In this document: piece after piece, positions 23,401 through 34,750 of the stretch
Layout of the letters: every line of letters starts with the position of its first letter
Numbering within the stretch: the first letter of the stretch is position 1
NCBI GenBank assembly: GCA_950097015.1
Contig: CATNEN010000038.1
Span: 2,728,001 to 2,792,000 of the forward strand
Source: Macrostomum hystrix
Lineage: Eukaryota; Animalia; Platyhelminthes
Length of the DNA stretch: 64,000 bases
Direction: 5' to 3'
The notes under the pieces: model-generated
Database searches by the model: none
What the model saw: only the letters and a program-made list of their open reading frames with translations
Told to the model about the DNA's origin: nothing
Position numbers and translations under genes: made by a program

Positions 23401-24528
23401 TGCAGTTTTAAGATGTCAACTCTGCAGTTGGTTTTGGCTTTGGCCGAGCTAATCTCGTGAGAAAGCGCCTGTTGTAACGGGAAATTCGGGCTTGTTGAGG
23501 AAACTCCGTCACTGAGCATAGCTTTGATTTCCCAATGAAGCCTAGATAGTTGGTATCTAACTTGTCAAACCACTCAGTTGAGTAATCGTTGACTGTGCCT
23601 ACGGTGGTCCTATGGCCCGTCAAGTTTGAAATATCCATTCTTGACGTATCAGTTTCTGACAGGTTGGCTTTCATGACGCAGGATTTGCTGGTTAATTTCG
23701 GTATTCGGTAAGCGGCCGAATTAAATTTGTGTGCATTTTCCAAGCTAAAGAGACTCCTAGGAATTAAGCGAGATATCAGGCTTGGCTTTCTGCAAGGACT
23801 GTGGACTGTAGGATGATGATGATGATTATTATTATTATTTTTTTTTTAGGTATATACGCCGAATAAGTGCTGATTTTTTGTTTATTTCATGTTTCAGTCT
23901 GAACAATTAGATTTTTTTAAATGAATTGGCGATAGAAAAACAGTAGCATGCATAAGATTAATTTTAGGAGAATAAAATAAAAAAAAATTATTATTCTCAC
24001 CAACTTACTTAGCATCTTACCCACGAAACGTTTGCTCGTCATTCGCTTTCAGGAATGGACCAAAGTGCCGTCAACCTCTTAAAAAATTCCGCCTCTCACG
24101 ATATTAAAACAAAGAAAAGGTCGCCTTCGCGGCGGCTATCACTTGGCTCACCCGGCCCACCGTCATTAAACTCAGAAACTGCCGCACGCCACGCTCGATG
24201 GAGTCAACGCTGAAATCGTCGTCCAGTGGGTGCGCCAGAACCCTGCAGTGCCCCCCCCCCTACAGCCACTGTAGGCTACTCAAATTCACCTAGCGATCCT
24301 GGCCCCTCCATCTCGCCCATTTGTCCTGCCTCTGTCTCTACACCAGTTCAGCCCTGTTCGCCAAGTGCATTTCCTCGACTGTCGGCCCTCGACTCGGAAG
24401 CATCACGAACCTGGTCTCCCGGTGTTGGCGTCTGAACGAGAAGCAGCAGACAGCTATCGTGTCATCAATTAGTCGTGTCATCGAACGGCTTTGACTAGCC
24501 TCGTGAGTAAAGAGCTTCGTGTCCCATC

Positions 24529-24720
24529 AACGTTGTAGCGACAAATTTAACGTGTACTAACGTTGTAGCGGCTAATTAAACGTGTATTAACGTTGTAGCG
24601 GCTAATTTAACGTGTATTAATGTTGTAGCGGCTAATTAAACGTGTACTAACGTTGTAGCGGCTAATTTAACGTGTATTAATGTTGTAGCGGCTAATTTAA
24701 CGTGTATTAATGCTGTAACG
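24529..24720. repeat. 30-bp tandem repeat (~6 copies)
   Basis: Unit AACGTTGTAGCGGCTAATTTAACGTGTATT. Confidence 0.92.
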
Positions 24721-25678
24721 GGATTCGACTGAGCTTATATTCTACATTCTTTAACGCTCTGCCCGTGGAGTTTACTGACCACTTGACACCAAGCACCTCC
24801 GGCCCTCATGAATCTCGGATTTTCACCTCCCTGAGTCACACCCCTTCTCGGCCCTCTTCCACGAGATTTCCCAGAGATCCCAATGTATGCCTCGCCTCAC
24901 AACGAATGTGATTCGTTATTCGAAATTAAAAATGTTACATTTACTGCAGATCTACTTTATTAAGTAGTAATGTGTGCACTGAGAATGGAATGCCATAAGA
25001 TTTCTGGAAATTTATTTTTTCTTGGCGTATTAAAAATGTTTACTACAAAGTAAATTAAAGCAAAAAGTAAGGCAAAAGATGCAGAAAATGTGTATTGTGT
25101 ATTTTGTGTGCCTTCTCTCTCGCTTATTAGTTTGTATTTTTTGAAAAACTTAATTTTCAAGATGACAGCCGTATAACACGATGAAAATCCTTCCTCACTT
25201 AACTTCCCCACTGCTGGGGCTGTGTCCATGGCCTCTCAAACACTGCTGCAGTTCTCCTGTAGCCTCACTCACCCCAGTGCCAGTCGCTATAATTTCTCAT
25301 TGTTTAAATTGTTCCCAGTCTGGCATGAGATTCACTATAGGATCACATTCTATCTAACAGAGAGGATAAAAATCGTGCAGACAAACCTCCTAGCTTATAT
25401 TGCCGTCAGTCATCAGTCATGCTACCAGGGCCCGATTTCATAAAAAACCTACAAGCGACAAGTGACAATTTGACAAGTTACAAGCAACAAGCGACAAGTG
25501 ACAACGATTTCGGTTTCATAAACCGAAGCTCGCCCTTCGTGTTAAAAATAGATCGTGTCTGGTGTCTATGGGCAAACTGTGAGAAATCGATCCATTTTTG
25601 TGGAGACACTTGTGTTGCCTCTTTAGTCTATGGTCCAAAGCCAAACTCCCGGCGGAACTCGAAAATCTGCTTCACTTT

Positions 25679-28050
25679 TTAACCGAAGTCAAACGGATGG
25701 CCGTTTTCGTCCACTCTGACAACATCCGAGTGAGACGGCAAAAAATAAGTCTATGGCCTTGAAAATCGTTCGATTTCGCACCACATCCATTCCCGACGGT
25801 TAGTGGACGAAAACGGCCATAAATGATAAGTATATATTCAAGACTTCTAAAAAATTGTGTACGTACACTAAGTATTGCAATACAATATATAAGTTAAGCT
25901 AAGACAATAAGTAACGTACACTAAAAGTTAATTGAAACTCTGAGAGTGAGAGTCAAACGATAATAAGCAGAACTAATTTAAAGATGACTACAGAATGACC
26001 ACAGGAATTAACAGAGGCAGGGGTAGAAGTAACTAACGGAAGTCAAACCGGATATACCGAAGTAGAAAGCCAATGGCATGCTTTGATAGTAAAGAACCGG
26101 CCAAAGGCTAAGGGTTAAGTCAATGCCTGGCACTGAAGCACGCGCCAAGGCAAAGGGCTGGCATCCCCGGACATGCGGCGCAGACGAAAACTGTCCGCTT
26201 CTTGCACACTCTGCACCGCTTGCGAGGCCGGATGAGGGCTCCTTCTTTGGGCGCCTTGCTCGGCGAATGTCGAGGACCGCCACCAGCAGCAGGCGGCCCA
26301 TCACCTGCCCCAGTTGGCCCCGCTGCTGCAGCCGGAGGGCTACCTCGGCGTCTGGCAACTCCGGTCTCCGCAACCAGAACGTCCAGCGCCTTGCGCAGGA
26401 AGTGCAGGAAGGTCATACTGCCACCATGAAAGTTGTATACGATCCAAGCGTTGCGGACCAGTATGACAATCAGATGGAAGGCCGGCTTGTTGAACCAGCG
26501 CAATGACTTCCGGTTCGCCATGTAGGGACTCGTGCTAGAGTCCATGCGGTCCACTCCACCCATGCACCGACTATACATGATGATGCTGACCGGCTTGGCC
26601 ACAACTTGCTGCTGACCACCAGGGCGCACGCGGGCCACATCGTGACATTGTGCAGTGCCGGCCGTGTCGAGTAGGTACACGGTCTTTTTGCCGCTACTCT
26701 TAGAGTCAACAAACTTGCATGCTAGCACACTGCCGCACCTAGCGAACGCTGATGACGTAGGGCGCAGGTTTGCGGCTCGCAGCAGTGGCGGCGGTCCACG
26801 ATCTTTGCGCACGGTGCCGGTGAGCATGGTGTCACGGGCCAGCAGCCACGAAGCTAGTCGATGCGACGTAAACCAACTATCGGTGAATACGTGGTGGCCG
26901 AGGTGCAACACGTCACGGCATAGCTCGGCGACGACTCGCTCGCTGAAAGACAGGGCTCCGCTGTCTAGTCCAGCACCGAATCTAGCATTTTCCTGCTGCG
27001 TCGTGTGGACAGCAAAGTTCCACAGGTATCCAGACTTGGCCTCACACAGGCAGTATAGCTTGATTCCGTACTTGCTCTTCTTGGAGGGTATGTACTGCCT
27101 GAACTGTACCCGTCCTTTGTACAAGACCAGAGTCTCGTCGATCGACAGCTGCTGGTCTGGCATGTAGTTGTTTCGACAAACTCGCTGCACAAGAGCAAGG
27201 AACGGAGAGATCTTGTCGATTGGGCTATGGGGAGCAGGACCGGCGCTACTGTAGAAGCGAAGGCAAGAAAGAATCTGCTTAAAACGATCACGCGAGAGTG
27301 AGTGCGGCTGAGCCAAAAAAGAGCAGTGGTACACGGGATCTTTCGTCCAGTAGGAACTAATCTCAGGTTTGTCATCAACGCCCATGAGCAGCACGATGCC
27401 GATGAGCTTCCTCACTTCATCCACACTACAATCTTTCCATGTAGACACCACCTTTGGCAGCTCATCAACTGGTTTTCCCTCAACGAAACTCCAGGCCCGT
27501 TCATTTGTCCACCTGGCAATGCTTTCAAACAGCTCGTCTGTCAAATACTGAAGCAAATATTCTGCCTCACTGCCATTCGCCGGTTGCGGTGGTACCCAGT
27601 CCGGTCGAACTCCGGGTGTGCCCACGAACTCTGGAACCACTGACGGTCTGACGTCTGTCCCTTCGACAACTTGATACCACTCCAGATCTTCTTCCATTTC
27701 GATGTCCTCATCTTCAGAACTACTCGCGCTTTCAACGTTGTCACCGTCCTCACCAGGCTCTTCATCAAAATAATAGGATCCATCTTCGTCGTCAGTAAAA
27801 AAATCGTCCTCAGAGTTTGATGAGTAAAGGGGATCCATGGCTAACTTTCAGCAAAAGAAAGGTACACAGCAAAGTCAGTGGGACAAAAATACTACCGAGT
27901 AAAAATCAAATCTTAGTGAGACTATAGGCGGGAACAGTGGTCACAGCAACACATACGTTATTTGATGTTGCAAGTGTCTATGGCCGTTTTCGGCCTAGCC
28001 GTCGGTAACGGATATGAGTGCTAATAACTGCAGTCATGTAGAGGTTTTAA
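25679..28050 (-). mobile_element. piggyBac-superfamily element (ends approximate)
   Basis: Intact transposase bracketed by ~40-bp imperfect inverted repeats (25779-25821 / 27979-28020). Nearest outer TTAA sites are 25679-25682 and 28047-28050. Confidence 0.65.
26120..27838 (-). CDS. piggyBac (PGBD4-like) DDD transposase, intact 572 aa
   Basis: Acidic N-terminus, SRDRFKQILSCLRF, SIDETLVLYKGR, QYIPSKKSKYGIKLY, FTDSWFTS, GTVRKDR, MGGVDRMD, C-terminal Cys-rich domain CRVC...CAAC...LC..ACF..H. Confidence 0.95.
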   Translation of the reverse strand: MDPLYSSNSEDDFFTDDEDGSYYFDEEPGEDGDNVESASSSEDEDIEMEEDLEWYQVVEGTDVRPSVVPEFVGTPGVRPDWVPPQPANGSEAEYLLQYLTDELFESIARWTNERAWSFVEGKPVDELPKVVSTWKDCSVDEVRKLIGIVLLMGVDDKPEISSYWTKDPVYHCSFLAQPHSLSRDRFKQILSCLRFYSSAGPAPHSPIDKISPFLALVQRVCRNNYMPDQQLSIDETLVLYKGRVQFRQYIPSKKSKYGIKLYCLCEAKSGYLWNFAVHTTQQENARFGAGLDSGALSFSERVVAELCRDVLHLGHHVFTDSWFTSHRLASWLLARDTMLTGTVRKDRGPPPLLRAANLRPTSSAFARCGSVLACKFVDSKSSGKKTVYLLDTAGTAQCHDVARVRPGGQQQVVAKPVSIIMYSRCMGGVDRMDSSTSPYMANRKSLRWFNKPAFHLIVILVRNAWIVYNFHGGSMTFLHFLRKALDVLVAETGVARRRGSPPAAAAGPTGAGDGPPAAGGGPRHSPSKAPKEGALIRPRKRCRVCKKRTVFVCAACPGMPALCLGACFSARH

Positions 28051-28124
28051 AGCTACGTTATCATTCTATCACAGTATACTAAATATTCTCTGATCGCAAG
28101 TCATTATATTTTTATAAAGTGTTC

Positions 28125-28355
28125 TTACTGTTTGATTATGAAGGAGAAAGAGGCTGCCAAGCTTTTTCTTTTAGAGCACATCGGAGACATCAAATGTCCA
28201 ACTATTTGCAGCAAGTTCTTCACGTGATCAGTTCGGAGTCTAAAACGCTCAGAAAAGTAAAAGCCTTGGGGCTGGAAATTAATACTTTCCTTGAATGTCC
28301 TTGGAAATTGTCTTGCCAGCATTGCCAACTCCTCTTCATCTTCCGTGTCGGACAT
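28125..28355 (-). pseudogene. 5' remnant of a Harbinger/HARBI1-like transposase
   Basis: MSDTEDEEE...PRTFKESINF...FSERFRLRTDHVKNLLQIVGHLM resembles Harbinger transposase N-termini. It lies just inside the right TIR; no DDE region remains. Confidence 0.65.
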
Positions 28356-29036
28356 GGCGAAAGCAAATATAGTAGAAGTTTGCGATCTGTGTTGCAAGTG
28401 TCCCAACCACTTGTCAAACTCGGATGAATAAAAGAGCCGATTCTGCGCAGAAGCAACTGATTCAGCAAATATCTATGGTCAAAACCCCGAGAAAAGCGCT
28501 TTTAATTTGTCGAATTTTACTTGTCACTTGTAACTTGTAACTTGTCGAATTGACAACTTGTAGGTCATGTTTATGAAACGCATTAATTTACGGAATTGTC
28601 ACTTGTCAGTTGTAATTTGTCGGACAAGTGCTTTATGAAATCGGGCCCTGGGCCCGATAGACAAACTAGACAAACAGGATAGACAAACTAAAAAATGTTT
28701 TTTATTACAAAAATTGCCCGTCATATAACAAAATTGAAAACTAACCTTATAGTCTCTCTCTAAGAATAAAAACAGCATTTAGAAAATAGAGCTGCATTTT
28801 TCTGTCACACCAATTGGAAAATGAAAACTTGCTCGTAAAAAATCAGAAGCAGAAATGTGAAAATAAAAAACTCTATTTGTCTTCTCAAGCGGCCGTTAAC
28901 CTTGGCTCAAAATTTTTCAGATCTGAATTACTCAAGAACTTCCTAAATACGGAAAATTAAAGTCGCACAACTGTTAGGGAAGTGCCCTCACAAACCACAA
29001 AATTTCGCATCCTCTAACTCAGGCAAGACTCAAGAG

Positions 29037-29325
29037 TAATAATAATAGTAATCATTTATTAATGAGAATACTTGAGTACACCTGCTCCAATTGGGCCAGA
29101 TGCGCAGCGTATCTGAAGGCTGCGTACGTACAGCTTTTAAGTCCATGGACTGGGCGGATGCCACATCGACTCTCAATTGCCCCAGCTGATGCGCTGGTAC
29201 CAATTTAACAGCTGGGTGAACTGAAGCAATGCAGATTTCGTATCTTGCAAAAGGATACAAATTTTTCCAGTTGAGTCTGGTGTCGAACCGCCGACTGTTT
29301 AGTCCGACGCCCTAACTAAACTGAG
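29037..29325 (-). mobile_element. SINE family B
   Basis: Reverse complement has GGGCGTCGGACT...GGTTCGA, TGTATCCTTTTGCAAG, TTCAGTTCACCCAGCTGTTAAAT, CAGTCCATGGACT and a probable (TTA)n tail. Confidence 0.8.
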
Positions 29326-29479
29326 AATAGTCGGATGTTGAACTCTTGGGAAGGCTTGAAATTTGGGGAATATGAAGTTTTCGATTATGAAATTTCTGGG
29401 AATTCCCTTCCACAACCCATCAGAGTCGTGCCCCACAATCAAGTTGTCAGGCAAGCGGGTCATTGTGCAGGCTGCAGAG

Positions 29480-30437
29480 CTAGCCATCGAGCAGCTGAAA
29501 AAACTGCCGCATTTCAGCCTCCGTCAGGCTGGCATTGCCGAACGCCAGAGCCCTGAGCATTCCTTTAAACTTTATTCTGCAGACTCGCATTCCGAAGAAC
29601 ATGCACATGCTGCTGGGCACAGGTGTAGCATCGGCTTCTGAATAAGTACTTCCCGGTGGAACGAATGCATTGTTCAAGTAGACGCCCACAAAGTCCCCAG
29701 ACTCTGTGCTGGTGAAGCCAATGTTCAACCACTCCTCGCTATTAGAGGTGATAACGTTTTCAGACAGGTGAATGGTCGGAAGCAATGTTCCAGTGGCCTT
29801 GTTTCGCCGAAATTCGAGTTTAGCATTTGATCCGAGCTCCCACAAGTGGATGGGATAATAACCTGTGCTGCCCAAAGTGCTTCAGTCGTCGAATTCAAAA
29901 TACGGCTGTTCACTCTGCTGCGCAGCAGCCAGGTAAGCCCAGCGGTGAAATTGATACTTGTCGTATTCAGTACGGCGTAGCCGGCGATGCCATCGAAAGA
30001 TGCGCCGCCATTCGTCCACTCGACGCCCACAGGAATGAGGCGGTTCGTGTCTTCGAAGGCCTGGCACACCAAGCTCTCCAGCCGACTGACATCGCTAGCC
30101 AGCCACACATTGTTGAGCTTCGGGTTGAGCCTCCTGTGATCCAGTGAGAACCGGTAGAACACAGAGCAGTCGGGTGACTGACCTGGCATCAGAATGCGAC
30201 AGACGGCTTGGAAGTTGAAGACGATGCAGCTTCCGTCGCTCTGGTTGAACTGCGCCACCAGAGCTCCTGTGAGGCCCTTCTCCGATACCTTGACAACGCA
30301 TTGGATATCAGTGATAGCGACCAGCTTCTCGAGGGCAGTGGGCGAGTTCTGCGGTTGGCATCGCGCATCCGCGCGGTTCCAAGTAGAGGCGGAGCCAAGG
30401 CCGATCAGGCAGATCAGCAGGCCGAGGGTGACCAAAC
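29480..30437 (-). pseudogene. Secreted PAN/apple-like plus LamG/pentraxin-like protein with a frameshift near 29872
   Basis: Hydrophobic leader, Cys-spaced N-terminal module, GASFDGIAGYAVL..SINFTAGLTWLL, then in another frame YPIHLW...EWLNIGFT...FKGMLRALAFGNASLTEAEM. Adding one G at TGG-GC joins the frames. Start exon not found. Confidence 0.55.
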
Positions 30438-30897
30438 CTGGTAGAGTAAATAGTGTGTAAGGTCATGCTTCACTGCTGCAAACATCCGGTGGCCACAGAG
30501 GCTTCTCTCAACTAGCTTCTGTCCAGCAGCTACGAGTACTATTAACTTTTTTTATTCGGCTACTGTCATCCTCAATATTATAAATTGTAGAAATTATTAA
30601 ACCGTTTATTAGTTTAAACTGTTTATTTATTAAAAAGTTGGCGTTGTGGCGATTACAGTTCCCACGAGGCAAACTTTTAAACAACTTGGCAAAGTACCCA
30701 GTTCCCTTGAGTCTGCAGCTTGGTTGTTTATTACATGTAGAATTTGTAAATTTACTTCAAATCTCACCTGTCATATCAAGGAGTTTCGGCAGAACTGGGA
30801 GACCGTGATGGACGTTACAGGAAATAAGTTTTTGTATAATGGGACAGCATGGCAAAGCGGAAATGCAATACCTGCATGAGAGTCTGACTGCAGCTAA

Positions 30898-31435
30898 GGG
30901 GTTTCTATGAAGCACCTAGTGGGGTTTCTATGAATCAGCTAGTGGGGTTTCTATGAATCAGCTAGTGGGGTTTCTATGAATCAGCTAGTGGGGTTTCTAT
31001 GAAGCAGCTAGTGGGGTTTCTATGAATCAGCTAGTGGGGTTTCTATGAAGCAGCTAGTGGGGTTTCTATGAAGCAGCTAGTGGGGTTTCTATGAATCAGC
31101 TAGTGGGGTTTCTATGAAGCAGCTAGTGGGGTTTCTATGAATCAGCTAGTGGGGTTTCTATGAAGCAGCTAGTGGGGTTTCTATGAATCAGCTAGTGGGG
31201 TTTCTATGAAGCAGCTAGTGGGGTTTCTATGAATCAGCTAGTGGGGTTTCTATGAAGCAGCTAGTGGGGTTTCTATGAAGCAGCTAGTGGGGTTTCTAGG
31301 AGTCAGCTAGTAGGGTTTCTATGAAGCAGCTAGTGGGGTTTCTATGAAGCAGCTAGTGGGGTTTCTATGAAGCAGCTAGTGCATGGGGTTTCTATGAATC
31401 AGCTAGTGGGGTTTCTATGAAGCAGCTATTGGGGT
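30898..31435. repeat. 23-bp minisatellite followed by (AAC)n
   Basis: Unit GGGGTTTCTATGAAKCAGCTAGT, ~23 copies. Confidence 0.95.
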
Positions 31436-31949
31436 ACAACAACAACAACAACAACAATAAAAACAATAACAACGGCGTCTGCAGCACATAAAACTCTCTG
31501 CAAGATCTGCAAAAGTGCAACGCCTGTCTCAACTGGATGCATCTCCGTCCATGCAGCGGGCTTGCTAAACCTCAAGGACTGCTCTTCTGCGTTTTGTTGT
31601 CAAGTTTTCCTGGCCCCTTTAAACTGCCAACTGTCAAACTTTCACCGGCCGAAATCATGCGGCTTAGCAAGTACCTGTGCGGCCGGAGTGCGAGTCCATT
31701 AGTGGTATTTGTGGCATCGGCGCCACCTGCTCAGATTACGCTTATGCATAGGCGGCGGCCCCCATTGTGCGCAACTTGCATAACATTTTTCAACCTAAAC
31801 CTGAATCAGTTAAATGTCTGTGCCTCTCTAAAAAAACCTGGTGCTCTCGCCGACCAAATCTTCTGCAACTCTGTTCACAAGCTCTAGCCACGAACTCAAT
31901 GCAACACCGAACTTTGTCTACCTCTCTGAGACCCAAACCGCTGTTCAGG

Positions 31950-32243
31950 AGCGGAGGGGCAGAGCGGTTGACGCGTCTGTCTCTCGCACCAAGGTATCTG
32001 AGATCGATTCCGCGGCGAGGCCAAATTAATTTCGGGCGCAGCCGCGGCCGCAGCCGCCAACCGACAAGGCACAGTGAATGTGCACACTGCCTGATGATGA
32101 GAAAGTCAGGGCAGATGTAAACCTGTGTGCGCGTGTGCTCCGTAGTCAGCGAATTGCCTCCTTGCTCGGTGCAGGTCTAGTGTCACCCAATGATGTGTCA
32201 TCGTCAACGGCCCTCCTTTGCAATCACTTTTATTATTATTATT
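31950..32243 (+). mobile_element. SINE family A (internally deleted)
   Basis: GGCAGAGCGGTTGACGCGT head, ATCGATTCCGCGGCGAGGCCA, body hairpin, (ATT)n tail. Confidence 0.85.
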
Positions 32244-32785
32244 GACCGCTGCTCAAACCCTGGTCTGCTGTCTATTAGCTCCTGTATCCTCCTAGCCTTA
32301 TAGTCAGTTCGTTCAGCCAGTGTTAATCTAGTCTATAAGGCTCAGATAGTGAACATTCTGAAGTACACTTTCAGCGGAGTAGAGCCTTTAGTTGATGGTC
32401 GTGAGGCAGAGTGATGCTGTCAGTAGTATCTAACAGCTCAAACTGTAAAGTCTTTGAGTCAGGATGGCGATCGTCGAATTGCATCTTTCTCAGACAGAAA
32501 ACCCGACTAACTATTCTCACAATTTTTGATTGTGCGCATTCAATTTAGTCTCAGTTTGATCTGGAAGCAAATGTAGTCATTAAAAAGACTCGCCCATACC
32601 ACCATGAAGCTCCTCGCTGTTTTGCGTTATTGAATTTATGAATGTAGTAAAAATACCAACACTTTTAATGTACTATTCGATGCTGAAAGATAACGCAAAT
32701 ATATTTAGATCACACATGCCTGAGTGTTTCCTGTGACTCATTGTTGCAATCAACGTTATAGATGCAACAAACTCGAAAGATAGCT

Positions 32786-34307
32786 TTAGTTCTCCTTGAG
32801 CGGCGGCTTGTCAGGCAGCTGCGGAATCGGCAGGCCGTACTGCATCGCCAGCCTCTTGAACACGGTGATGTGGAAGAAGGCCATCAGCACCTCCATGTCC
32901 TTCTCGGTGAGCTGACGGGGGTACTCCTTGCGCTCGATCGTGGTTTTCGAATAGATGCCGCCGACGTATGACTTGGAGTTCTGGATGTACTGCACATTGG
33001 GAGCCAGAGTGAACACCTGAGCGACGTTCACAACGATCACGTTGAACTTCTCGTCTCCGCGGTTGGCGCACACCACATCCACGAACTGGACCTTGTTGGT
33101 GGAGGACTTGTCCTGGTTGAAGGCGATCTTAAAGTCGTTCCACGTGTTGGACTCGGCCAGAGCGCCCAGCATGATGGCGGACTCGACACCCTCGAACACA
33201 TCGGCGTTCAGCTGAAGGAGCCTCGGCAGCAGGCTGATGTAGGTTCCCAGCAGGTTCATCTGACTGATGCCCTGGGTCACCAGGGTCTTGGCACTCTGCT
33301 CATAGCGAGAGAAGCCCTCGCCGGCGACCTCCTTGATGATGGTGCTGGTGCTGGTGGTCTTGAAGATGTTGATCAGCTTGGGTACAATGTCGAGACCAGC
33401 GCTGATCAGTCCGATGGCAGTCAGGGGATCGATGAAGGGCTGCTCCATGCCAGGCACCTGGATGTCCAGCATGCGAGCGAAGCGACCAAGAGCAGCCTGG
33501 CAGAAGAAGGTCTTCAGCAGCTCGACGTCGGCCACCTTCAGCTTGGCCGGAATGCGCTCGACGCGGATGTTGGCCCTCTGGTAGAGACCCCAGGCGTAGC
33601 TCTTGCGCTCCTCAATGATAACAATATCCGGAGCCAGCTGGAAGGAGCTCTTGAAGTCGGCCACCATGAAGTCGTAGGTGTCGTGCTCGAAGTCGCGGTG
33701 TCCGAGGACGCACACGTACTTGCAGTTGGCGCCATCGTTCTGGTCGAAGATGATGTCAACGAGGCTCCAGTCGGTGTTGTCAGCGAACTTGATGATGTCC
33801 ATGCTGGCCAAGAAGCCATCGCGCTTGTCGCTCTTGATCTCCAAGGTGTCGGTGAGGTAGGCAGCGAAGGCGTCGAAGCTGTCGGCGTCCACGCCCTCGA
33901 TGGCCTGCATGGAGGCGGACTGGCTGTAGTGGGTGTAGCCGTTGTTGGTGATCCTCTGCAGCTCGACCGGCAGGGCGGTGCTCTTCGATTCGATCAGACC
34001 CTTCATACTCGGGAAGCGGTCAGCCCAGGTCTTCAGCTTCGGAGCCAGACCGTGGGTGAACGGCACGGCGGCGTTGTACTCGCGGTGCTTCGGCTGAAAG
34101 TCATAGCCGTAGTGGTTGCTGGCGGTGAGGCTGGTTTCTGGAACATATCGAGCAGTGATTTCGGTGTTTAGTGAGGCAGTTGAGTAACGCTCTTCAGTCC
34201 TACGAAATCCTGTCAACTACTCGAGTGGTTTGAGAATGAATTGAGTTGGGCTTCGACTTACCAGCCGCTGCAAAGGCAGCCAAGGAGAGCAGAATGACGA
34301 GCTTCAT
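32786..34307 (-). CDS. Secreted uncharacterised 465-aa two-domain protein, copy B
   Basis: Exon 1 34307-34262, 124-bp intron, exon 2 34137-32786. CDS nearly identical to copy A (one amino-acid change seen, Q/H). Confidence 0.9.
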
Positions 34308-34354
34308 CGTGTTTCGTCGAATCTTTCTTGCGTTTTTCGCAAAATTGAGCTCCC

Positions 34355-34360
34355 TTTATA
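34355..34360 (-). promoter_or_regulatory. TATA box of copy B
   Basis: TATAAA ~48 bp upstream of the ATG. Confidence 0.6.
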
Positions 34361-34750
34361 GGCAATCGTGATTGGCAGCAGTCTTAGGCAGCTCGACTAG
34401 CGAAGTGCCAGTGGGAAAGCAGCGGTTGTCATTCGGCTAATCGTCTTGTTGACACTTTGGACTCGGTGGCCCGCGTGCTTGAGGCTTCTGTACCAAAGTC
34501 TTACAAGAGAAGACTCACTTTGACTTGTCATTGACAGTTTATTTCGTCGCAGATCTTAGATGTCTTGCGCAGCCGTTATTTTCGCAGGCCTATCTGAGTT
34601 GCAAATTTCAAGCAGCAGTGGCAAACAACAAGTGACACTGACAACTGATAGAAAGAATGCGTCACCTCTGGTTGGGTTGACTGTTTCTTTATTAAAATTC
34701 GCTTGTGCTTTGTAGAATTCTACAAAACTAGAGTTTGCGAACTTTGCGAA

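Larger units (their letters stand above)
25425..28651 (-). mobile_element. Internally deleted PIF/Harbinger-type DNA transposon (hosts the piggyBac)
   Basis: Perfect 20-bp inverted match CCAGGGCCCGATTTCATAAA (25425-25444) / TTTATGAAATCGGGCCCTGG (28632-28651). Subterminal ACAAG/CTTGT repeats and a second TTTCATAAA at both ends. Harbinger transposase N-terminal remnant inside. Confidence 0.8.
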
